A stretch of 64,000 bases of DNA. It comes from Bacillota bacterium (lineage in GTDB: Bacteria > Bacillota > Clostridia > Saccharofermentanales > DTU023). Shown piece after piece: positions 1-7,319 of the stretch. How positions within the stretch are numbered: position 1 is the first letter of the stretch; each line of letters opens with the position of its first letter. Below the pieces are notes generated by a model. That model was not told the origin of the DNA. It made no database searches and worked only from the letters and a program-made list of their open reading frames with translations. The position numbers and the translations under genes were made by a program. The DNA lies in contig JAKPXB010000049.1 of assembly GCA_029570375.1 (NCBI GenBank), positions 25,046 to 89,045 of the forward strand. The letters are read 5' to 3'.

Positions 1-423
1 ATTGATCTTGGGAACCAGCTCCCAGGCGTCTTCAACTGCCATGTCGACGTATCGGAACAGAACGGTGAGGTCGTGTTTCTGCACCGCGTCCTGCCGGGAG
101 GGGCAGACGACAGCTACGGGATCGATGTGGCCAAGCTCGCCGGTGTGCCTGACGCCGTCGTGACACGCGCCAGGGAGATCATGCTCCAGATTGAGAAGAG
201 TAAAGGGGAGAGGCGCGCGCTCGTAAGGCGCGGCGCCCGCTCCATGGACGGGCAGCAGGATCTGTTCAGCCAGGCGCAGTCCATGCGGCTTGCCGATGAC
301 ATGATTGAACGCCTGGATCAGGCGGACATCGATCACATGCGACCGGTTGACGCCTACAGTCTGCTCGTCGATCTGAAAGAACTGGCAGCCAGAAAAAAAC
401 GTCAGAACCATAACGGCGCATAG
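1..423 (+). CDS. mutS: DNA mismatch repair protein MutS, C-terminal fragment (5' end outside window)
   Basis: Frame 1 is open from the window edge. The MutS C-terminal sequence reads ...EVVFLHRVLPGGADDSYGIDVAKLAGVPDAVVTRAREIM. mutL follows directly. Confidence 0.9.
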   Translation: MDLGNQLPGVFNCHVDVSEQNGEVVFLHRVLPGGADDSYGIDVAKLAGVPDAVVTRAREIMLQIEKSKGERRALVRRGARSMDGQQDLFSQAQSMRLADDMIERLDQADIDHMRPVDAYSLLVDLKELAARKKRQNHNGA

Positions 424-447
424 GCGAAGGGGAGAGGAGGAGGAGGT

Positions 448-2412
448 ATGACCGCGACCATTCACCGGCTGGACCGCCGGACAATCGACAGTATCGCCGC
501 CGGAGAAGTCATCGAACGCCCTGCGTCAGTCGTCAAAGAACTGATTGACAACGCGCTCGACGCCGGTGCCGGGGTGATCCGCCTCGCGATTGAAAACGGC
601 GGCATCCGGCTGATTTCATGTGAAGATGACGGACAGGGGATGAGTCCTGAGGACGCACTGCTGGCGCTTGAGAGCCACGCGACGAGCAAATTGTCGAGCA
701 CCGATGATCTCTTCCAGCTGAAAACACTTGGATTCAGAGGGGAAGCCCTCCCTTCGATCGCCGCTGTCTCCAGGTTTGAGCTCCGCACGCGGACACACGA
801 AGATGCTTCGGAAGGTTACCGCGTCGCGGCTGAAGGCGGGAAGATTGTATTCTCAGGTCCCTGCGGCATCGCGCCCGGAACGATGGTGACCTGCCGCGAT
901 CTGTTCTTCAATACACCCGCCCGCTATAAATTTCTGAAAAGCGACGCCGCGGAAGGCAGCGCTGTCGCCGACATAACCGGCAAAGCAGCCTTAGCGCGCC
1001 CCGATGTCTCCTTCCGGCTCGACCGTGACAGCGAGAGGCGGGAGGTACTCTATACACCGGGCAATAACGATCTTCTGAGCGCGATCTACGCCGTTTTCGG
1101 CGCGGATACCGCGGGGGCGATGATCCCTGTGGAAAGCGAGACGCCGCCTGTCCGCGTCTCCGGATATGTTTCATCGCCGGAGGCTGCGCGCCATAACCGC
1201 TCACGCCAGATATTCATCGTCAACGGACGCGTTATCTATTCAGCCACGCTGCGCGCCGCCGTTGAAGAAGCTTCGAAGACCTGGTTTATGCGCGGGAATT
1301 TCCCGCAGCTTGTTCTGAACGTGGCCATCCCGTTCAACCTCGTCGATGTCAACGTCCATCCCCAGAAACTGGAAGTCCGTTTCTGGGACGAGCGCGCCGT
1401 ATTCAGAGCCGTCTACCGCGCGCTGCGCGCGGCCTTTGAACAAGGCGCCCGCCTTGTTGAAGCCGCATGGCCGGGTGCTTCATCCGCAGAGGTTTCAGAT
1501 GGCAGGAAGGCGGGAACAATCGAATCCCGCGACAAGAATGAACCGGTGTCCAAACCTGTGGAACCGCGGGTGGTATTGCCGCCCAACTCTTCCGCCGGTC
1601 TCTTCGCTTATAACGGCGCCGATTCACGGAAGACGGATAAAACGATCCCTTCCCGGGTGAGGCTCCCGATGGTCGGCGAAGAGAGTGAAAAATGCAGCGC
1701 TGACGATCATGCCGCCCGGCCCGCACGCCCGTCGGAAGACGCCGCTCCCATGGCGGATGAGCAAAACCGGATCGCGGCTATGATGGGTACGTTCGGTACA
1801 ATCGATACGCTCGGGAGATCCCGGCTGATCGGCACACTTTTCGACACGTACATTCTGCTTGACAGCGGCGATGCGATGATTCTTGTCGATCAGCACGCCG
1901 CCCACGAGCGGATCCTATACGAAGAAATGCTGCTCAGGCGAAAAGAAAACCCCTCAGGCAATGCGCCGGGTCAGGTTCTGCTCATCCCTGTTCACGTCAC
2001 GCTCGATGAAGCGGAGAAGGCTGTACTGGAGGATGAAGGGGATTACCTGCGGACACTTGGATTTGAGTACGAACCTTTCGGCGGCCAGTCGGTTGTGATC
2101 CGCGCCGTCCCCTCCGGTGGAAAGGGTCAGCCGCCTGCGGATATGGATCCCGCGAAGGCATTCCGCGCGGCGCTCGATCAACTGGAAATCTGCCGGTCTG
2201 ACGGCAGGACCGTTGACTATACGGAGATACTCCACGAAATCGCCTGCAAAGCGGCTGTCAAAGCGCACGACCGGTTGAGTGAAAGCGAAATCCGCCAGCT
2301 GCTGTCCCGACTGGCTGATTTGACGAATCCTTATCATTGTCCGCACGGCCGTCCGGTGGCCATAAAAATGACGAAACCGGAGATCGAAAAACTTTTCGGA
2401 AGAATCGTGTAG
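448..2412 (+). CDS. mutL: DNA mismatch repair endonuclease MutL
   Basis: GHKL ATPase motifs are present (IAAGEVIERPASVVKELIDNALDAGA, CEDDGQGM). The C-terminal endonuclease motif is DQHAAHERILYEE. A GAGGAGGAGGAGG RBS sits just upstream of the ATG. Confidence 0.95.
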   Translation: MTATIHRLDRRTIDSIAAGEVIERPASVVKELIDNALDAGAGVIRLAIENGGIRLISCEDDGQGMSPEDALLALESHATSKLSSTDDLFQLKTLGFRGEALPSIAAVSRFELRTRTHEDASEGYRVAAEGGKIVFSGPCGIAPGTMVTCRDLFFNTPARYKFLKSDAAEGSAVADITGKAALARPDVSFRLDRDSERREVLYTPGNNDLLSAIYAVFGADTAGAMIPVESETPPVRVSGYVSSPEAARHNRSRQIFIVNGRVIYSATLRAAVEEASKTWFMRGNFPQLVLNVAIPFNLVDVNVHPQKLEVRFWDERAVFRAVYRALRAAFEQGARLVEAAWPGASSAEVSDGRKAGTIESRDKNEPVSKPVEPRVVLPPNSSAGLFAYNGADSRKTDKTIPSRVRLPMVGEESEKCSADDHAARPARPSEDAAPMADEQNRIAAMMGTFGTIDTLGRSRLIGTLFDTYILLDSGDAMILVDQHAAHERILYEEMLLRRKENPSGNAPGQVLLIPVHVTLDEAEKAVLEDEGDYLRTLGFEYEPFGGQSVVIRAVPSGGKGQPPADMDPAKAFRAALDQLEICRSDGRTVDYTEILHEIACKAAVKAHDRLSESEIRQLLSRLADLTNPYHCPHGRPVAIKMTKPEIEKLFGRIV

Positions 2413-2423
2413 GGGGAGATCAA

Positions 2424-3401
2424 ATGCCGGACGCCGATCGCGCGCCAGAAACGTACAGGACCTCGTCTCTTGACGATCTCTTCTGCCGGACAAAAGAGAT
2501 CGTGAGATCGCGCCCCGACGCTGTACCCGTGATCACCGGTCCGACAGCGGCCGGAAAATCGTCGCTCGCCATGCGCCTCGCTCTCGAGACAGGCGGCGAA
2601 ATCGTAAACTGCGACGCGATGCAGATTTACCGCGGATTCGATATCGGGTCCGCCAAGCCGGACCTGGAAGAGCGCAGGCAGGTCGTCCACCATATGCTCG
2701 ATATCAGGGATGCCTGCGACAGTTACAGCGTCGCGAAATACGTGGAGGAGGTCACTCCCGTTCTTCAATTACTCCTCAGGGAGAAGCGCCGGCCAATCCT
2801 ATGCGGCGGCAGCGTCCAATACATCTCCGCTCTTCTGGACGGACTCCTTTTCCCCGATCTGGCTGTCGACAGCGATCTGCGGGCATCGGTTACACTCGAA
2901 GTCGAGACTCGCGGGCTCCCTGCCTCCTGGGAACTGATCGCCGCCATCGATCCTGAAGCAGCGTCTGCTATAGCTCCTGCGGACAAACGGAGAATCATCC
3001 GTTTTTTCGAACTCTACCGACAGACAGGCATGACAAAAACAGCGCTCAACGAGCTCTCCCGATCTCAGGGAGCAAAGTTTCGTTTCATCAGTTTCTGGCT
3101 TGACTGGCATCCGAGAAAAGCGCTCTACCAGAAGATCAATCAACGCGTCCGGACAATGTACGATCAGGGCCTGCTAGAGGAAACAAGGGCGTTGATGCGC
3201 CAATACCCCTCGTACAAGGACTGCCCCGCTTTTCGCGGCATCGGTTACCGGGAAGCCGTTCAGCATATTGAAGGAAGAATAACAGAAAGCGAAGCAAGGG
3301 AACAGACAGCTCAATCGACGAGACGGTACGCCAAGCGACAGCAGACATGGCTTCGGAAACGCGACGATCTCATTCTTCTCCTGTACGACACGCTTTTTTG
3401 A
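2424..3401 (+). CDS. miaA: tRNA dimethylallyltransferase MiaA
   Basis: P-loop ITGPTAAGKS and IPP-transferase family sequence. I moved the start to ATG 2424, which has an AGGGGGAG RBS. The longer ORF from 2337 overlaps the mutL 3' end. Confidence 0.9.
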   Translation: MPDADRAPETYRTSSLDDLFCRTKEIVRSRPDAVPVITGPTAAGKSSLAMRLALETGGEIVNCDAMQIYRGFDIGSAKPDLEERRQVVHHMLDIRDACDSYSVAKYVEEVTPVLQLLLREKRRPILCGGSVQYISALLDGLLFPDLAVDSDLRASVTLEVETRGLPASWELIAAIDPEAASAIAPADKRRIIRFFELYRQTGMTKTALNELSRSQGAKFRFISFWLDWHPRKALYQKINQRVRTMYDQGLLEETRALMRQYPSYKDCPAFRGIGYREAVQHIEGRITESEAREQTAQSTRRYAKRQQTWLRKRDDLILLLYDTLF

Positions 3402-3495
3402 TATAAGCGAAGTTTCAACGTCTTGGTTTCTATAAGATAAAAGAGCTCTCCCTTTCAACAGGTCATGATGAGAGTGGTGCCTGCACGGCCGACAG

Positions 3496-3524
3496 TTGAC
3501 AAGAGCGTGCCGGAGAGAAATGCT
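3496..3524 (+). promoter_or_regulatory. Candidate hfq promoter: TTGACA-17 nt-AATGCT
   Basis: A perfect -35 (3496-3501) is followed by a 17-nt spacer and a weak -10 (3519-3524). The element lies 67 nt upstream of the hfq ATG. Confidence 0.3.
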
Positions 3525-3532
3525 GCCGGCGC

Positions 3533-3544
3533 GAACCTGTGTTC
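3533..3544. promoter_or_regulatory. Cheo-type LexA box GAACCTGTGTTC (GAAC-N4-GTTC)
   Basis: This is a perfect palindromic core, flanked as CGAAC....GTTCC. It lies 47 nt upstream of the hfq start and just downstream of the candidate -10. Confidence 0.4.
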
Positions 3545-3590
3545 CGGACGTGCCTCAGAGAGAGGACACGTTTTAGAAAGGAATCCTTTT

Positions 3591-3938
3591 ATGTCTTACC
3601 AGTATTCAGAAGAAACACCCATCCAGAAAAACAGCGTACCGAATCAACCGCTTCGCATCCAGGAGACTTTCCTTAATCACTGCCGCCGTGAAAAGATCAA
3701 TGTCGTTATTCAGTTGTTTGATCAGACGATCATCGAGGGACTTATTATCGGTTTTGACCAGGAATCCATTGTCGTGTCGTCGCGCGGCACCCAACAGCTG
3801 CTGTATAAGTCGTCCGTCGTCTGTGTCAGACCCTTCGAGGAACTGCACCTCATCTTCAATGACGGCTTGAGAAACAAAAGGAGAGGTATCGCGTATCCGC
3901 GCGTAACAGCCGTCCCGCCCGTGAATCACCGCCACTGA
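3591..3938 (+). CDS. hfq: RNA chaperone Hfq (atypical, 115 aa)
   Basis: The Sm core QETFLNHCRREKINVVIQLFDQTIIEGLIIGFDQESIVVSSRGTQQLLYKSSVVCVRP aligns to Hfq. The miaA-hfq synteny is conserved. I chose the start at ATG 3591, which has a GAAAGGAA RBS. The 157-aa ORF from 3465 has no support. Confidence 0.8.
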   Translation: MSYQYSEETPIQKNSVPNQPLRIQETFLNHCRREKINVVIQLFDQTIIEGLIIGFDQESIVVSSRGTQQLLYKSSVVCVRPFEELHLIFNDGLRNKRRGIAYPRVTAVPPVNHRH

Positions 3939-3998
3939 AGAGATCGTCCGCCATTTTGCAAAAGCCTGAAGTCAGATAAGACCTGAAACGCGCCAATT

Positions 3999-4634
3999 TC
4001 AGATTTCCATGCGCAGCAGCCCGCGCACGACGCCCAGGATCCTCGTACGATCTTCAACCAGCGGAATATCCTCATAACGAGCATTCTCGGGATGCAGAAC
4101 AAACACGCCCTGTGAGCTGCGTTTCAGTGTTTTGACCGTCGCCTCGTCATCGATCAACGCGACGACTATATCGCCGTGCTCTGCCGTGGAGCGTCTCTCG
4201 ACAACCACGATGTCACCATCCAGTATGGCCGCCTCGAGCATGCTGTCGCCTCTCACGCGAAGGGCGAACAGGTCTTCCGTCGCCGGACCGAAACTGAAGG
4301 GGAGAGTGAGCAGGCGTTCAATGTTCTGTGTCGCGAGAATTGGCTTGCCGGCTGTTACTGTACCGATCAGGGGAACCTCGCACATATCGGACGATTCCAG
4401 AGCCGGCACGCGTATGGTACGGCGTTTGCCCTCCTGGAGCTCAATCAGTCCCTCATCAGAAAGCCGTTTAAGGTGGCTGTGAACCGTAGAAGTCGATTTC
4501 AGGCCGACACCTTCACAAATATCCCGAATAGAAGGGGAATAAGCATTCTCTATAATATAGTCCCTGATATAATTATATACCATATCATGTGTTTCGTTAA
4601 CGTTTGCCTTGGTAAAGGGATACTTATCAGCCAT
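3999..4634 (-). CDS. lexA: SOS repressor LexA
   Basis: N-terminal wHTH (SIRDICEGVGLKSTSTVHSHLKRLSDEGLI). S24 peptidase Ser/Lys dyad context (VRGDSMLEAAILDGD ... VKTLKR). A GGGAGA RBS is present. Confidence 0.95.
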   Translation of the reverse strand: MADKYPFTKANVNETHDMVYNYIRDYIIENAYSPSIRDICEGVGLKSTSTVHSHLKRLSDEGLIELQEGKRRTIRVPALESSDMCEVPLIGTVTAGKPILATQNIERLLTLPFSFGPATEDLFALRVRGDSMLEAAILDGDIVVVERRSTAEHGDIVVALIDDEATVKTLKRSSQGVFVLHPENARYEDIPLVEDRTRILGVVRGLLRMEI

Positions 4635-4678
4635 ATAATTCTCCCATTCTGAAGCGTTTTTTAATTCTCATCAGGGAA

Positions 4679-4707
4679 ATTATAACAAAACAATTGTTCA
4701 TTATCAA
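4679..4707 (-). promoter_or_regulatory. lexA promoter TTGATA-17 nt-TATAAT
   Basis: The minus strand reads cTTGATAatgaacaattgttttgtTATAATttcc. The SOS box lies inside the spacer. Confidence 0.6.
4688..4699. promoter_or_regulatory. LexA box GAACAATTGTTT (one mismatch to GAAC-N4-GTTC)
   Basis: The box is inside the lexA promoter spacer, 54 nt upstream of the lexA ATG. This is the classic autoregulatory position. Confidence 0.6.
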
Positions 4708-4772
4708 GCAAAACTCACGTGCGCGGAGGGAAGCATATGGTAAAATAGTGATCATTAAGGAGAGTAGTAATT

Positions 4773-5315
4773 ATGACAGATCAGCCGCCTGACAATAGCG
4801 ATTCGATCCGGAAGCATCCGAAAACACTGATTCCTTTGCGGAAGACAGCCGTGGAAACCGAAGAAGTTGCGGTACCCGCCGGCGAGGAACCTGGCGGTGT
4901 CCGCGGACTCTCAGGCGGTATTCATGAGCCCGGAACGCCTCCTGACGGCTATCGTGGGCCACGCGGAACGACCGCCTGGATTACCGATATATACCGCGAT
5001 GACAAAATAAGTGTTGATACTCAGAAGAAAGCAGGCCGCCGCGTATTTCGGCTAAAAGGTTACACAACCGTCGGCAAGATTAACCGCAAGTTCAAACATG
5101 AGCGCCAGCAGCGTCTTTTGAGGAATGTGCTGACAACACTGATGATTATTATTCTGCTGATCATCCTGTTCGCCATTTATAATCCGTTCAAGGATATGAA
5201 AGAGTTTCGGAAAATAAGCGGAGAAGACAGTCTGTACAAGAACCGCACCATCCCAACATCAATTGATACAACCGCCAACGCGCATCCGGCTGAAAGTGCT
5301 GCAACCGGACAGTAA
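4773..5315 (+). CDS. Hypothetical single-pass membrane protein, divergent from lexA
   Basis: AAGGAG RBS 8 nt upstream. An extended -10 TGGTAAAAT lies at 4738-4746. There is one hydrophobic helix (VLTTLMIIILLIILFAIY). The N-terminal ~120 aa are Pro/Gly/charged-rich. I recognise no family. Confidence 0.6.
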   Translation: MTDQPPDNSDSIRKHPKTLIPLRKTAVETEEVAVPAGEEPGGVRGLSGGIHEPGTPPDGYRGPRGTTAWITDIYRDDKISVDTQKKAGRRVFRLKGYTTVGKINRKFKHERQQRLLRNVLTTLMIIILLIILFAIYNPFKDMKEFRKISGEDSLYKNRTIPTSIDTTANAHPAESAATGQ

Positions 5316-5555
5316 TCCATGGATCGGCAGATCAACCGCCGGCGCGTTTCAGGATGGATCTTTTGCGATCAGGCGCATCTTCAGAATCATTTTAAATGAG
5401 TTAAAAGGTACAACTACCTGATTGACAGACGCTCGATTCATCCTGGAGCCATCGTTTAAGTACAAAAGCTCCGGTCATTTCGCTGAAAAGAGGCGCCGGC
5501 TTTCGATAAACATCAAAAACACCGGAAGCGCGCGAAAACCTTTTGGGGGCCTCCC

Positions 5556-5587
5556 GTACTTCGTAAAATTTATATTTTACGAAGTAC
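5556..5587. repeat. Perfect inverted repeat GTACTTCGTAAAAT-TTAT-ATTTTACGAAGTAC (14-nt arms); candidate dif-like recombination site
   Basis: Read directly from the sequence. It sits in the 405-nt non-coding gap 5316-5720. The inner 28 nt have an 11-6-11 layout. No U-tract follows on either strand. Confidence 0.9.
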
Positions 5588-5720
5588 CATTGCGTGGGTC
5601 GGCTTGCCCCGCGTGCGCTCATCAGGCTCCCATCCTGCCCCTTCTGCTATTCGCGCACGTTGTAAGGTGATTATGACCACTTCTCCCGATCGCATAAAAG
5701 GAGCACAGTCCGCGCCGCCA

Positions 5721-7262
5721 TCAACCCATTAATCTGTTTTCAAGCGGTCTCAGCAGGGATTCCCGGTCGAGATCCGGACGCAGCCCGGCAAGGTCATTCA
5801 GCGCGATGCGGGCTCCCTTGTCCATATTGTGTGATCCGGCGAGCACATAGAACTCTCCCGGTCTGACCATAGGAAGCGTCGCCCGGATCGCCTCATGAAG
5901 TGACGGCTCATAGATGAAGTCGTACCCCGCCGCCGTTAAATCAGACAGCACCGCTTCGCGCTCATCGTCATGGACAATATCGCGCGCCCGCGCCGTATCG
6001 GTGCTTGACGTGACATAGAACGTCTTCCAGTTGATTCTGTCCCGGAATAGCGCGAATTGCGCGATCACCTCTCTGTTCACTAGAACACCTCGGTTGCCGC
6101 GTATCGCGACGACTATGTGAACGGGTTTCCCCTCCGTCATCACCACGAGCGCTTCCAGCATTTTCCGGGTATTATCTTCGTCGCTGATGTGATCATCGAT
6201 CATCATAAAATCGCCGTCGTAGATCACCTGCAGACGCCTCTCAACACCGGGAAAACTCTCGATCGCACTGATCGCGTCCCGCACATCGACACCGTAGTAC
6301 AACGAGATCGTGATCGCGGCCATAGCGTTGTATACAGAATGGCGACCCGCCACTTTCAATCGGACCGGCCATCTCCCCGTCCCGATCTCCCCTTCACATG
6401 TATAAAACGGTTGATTCACTGTATAGTCAAAGCGGGCAAACCCGCCTGTCATATCCAGATGATCCGCAAAGATCGTGACATCACGATGATCAATGCTGAT
6501 TGTTATGACATCACCTTTAGTCCGATTCCTCGCCTCAAAGACGCGCGGATCGTCGCGATTCAGGATCACAGGGACCCCCTGCGAGACATTTTCGACGAGT
6601 TTCAGCTTCTCCCTGTAGTATTGCTCGAACGATCCATGATCCGGCATATGATCTGGTGTTATATTTAGAAAACATACAACATTATAATCGATCCCGTAAA
6701 CTCTGTACTGCGCTTCAGCGCTTGAGGATACTTCCATCGCGACAACTTCAACGCCGGCGTCCCGCTGTTCGGCAAACATCGCGTGCAGATCGGAGCTCTC
6801 TGGTGTCGTCAGGTTTGATTTCTCCCGGACATCGCCGTAACTGTATGCGACGGAGCCGATCACAGCTGTTTTAACGTGGGATTCCTGCAGAATATGCTGT
6901 ACCATCGTGGTGGTCGTCGTCTTCCCGTTCGTCGCCGTCACACCGACCATAAAGAGGTCGAGATCGGCGTAATCAAAAAAGGCACGGGAGAGTTCAGCCA
7001 GAGCGCGCCTCGCGTTCGGCACCCTGATCTCCGCAATTTTTTCCATAGACTGCGGTTCCTCAACGACGACGGCGACAGCCCCTTTCTTCGCCGCTTCGCC
7101 GATATAGAGATGTCCATCCGTCAGAGAACCGCGAATCGCGACAAACAGGCTCCCGGGCATCACTTTTCTCGAATCGCAGGTCACACCCGTAATCTCCGGA
7201 TCGAAAGGGAGATTGATAATATCAGCGTCGGTAAGCGCCGGCAGTAAGTGAGATAGTTGCAT
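5721..7262 (-). CDS. Mur ligase family protein, MurE-like N-terminal and central domains with a divergent C-terminal domain
   Basis: Matches to MurE include ITGVTCDSRKVMPGSLFVAIRGSLTDGH, the P-loop GVTATNGKTTTT, LTTPES..., MEVSS and NITPDHMPDHGS. The C-terminal region (AIRGNRGVLVNRE, TSSTDTARARD) does not show the usual GxGGxRDxxKR / DNPR motifs. Confidence 0.75.
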   Translation of the reverse strand: MQLSHLLPALTDADIINLPFDPEITGVTCDSRKVMPGSLFVAIRGSLTDGHLYIGEAAKKGAVAVVVEEPQSMEKIAEIRVPNARRALAELSRAFFDYADLDLFMVGVTATNGKTTTTTMVQHILQESHVKTAVIGSVAYSYGDVREKSNLTTPESSDLHAMFAEQRDAGVEVVAMEVSSSAEAQYRVYGIDYNVVCFLNITPDHMPDHGSFEQYYREKLKLVENVSQGVPVILNRDDPRVFEARNRTKGDVITISIDHRDVTIFADHLDMTGGFARFDYTVNQPFYTCEGEIGTGRWPVRLKVAGRHSVYNAMAAITISLYYGVDVRDAISAIESFPGVERRLQVIYDGDFMMIDDHISDEDNTRKMLEALVVMTEGKPVHIVVAIRGNRGVLVNREVIAQFALFRDRINWKTFYVTSSTDTARARDIVHDDEREAVLSDLTAAGYDFIYEPSLHEAIRATLPMVRPGEFYVLAGSHNMDKGARIALNDLAGLRPDLDRESLLRPLENRLMG

Positions 7263-7319
7263 ATGCAGTCACCTTTCGAGTGGAATCACTCGGTTCTTTC
7301 CGTTTCTTTCCGGGTGAGA

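Noticed and set aside
5401-5670. Overlapping 73-aa (-) and 82-aa (+) ORFs across the palindrome.
   Set aside because: Neither has an RBS. Both simply read through the inverted repeat, and their composition is unlike the coding regions here.
5316-5720. A possible known structured RNA (SRP RNA, 6S, tmRNA or RNase P) in the 405-nt gap.
   Set aside because: I could not find any of the hallmark conserved strings, such as the SRP helix-8 GGAA/AGCAG context, the RNase P GAGGAAAGUCC or the tmRNA termini. An Infernal/Rfam scan would be the decisive test.
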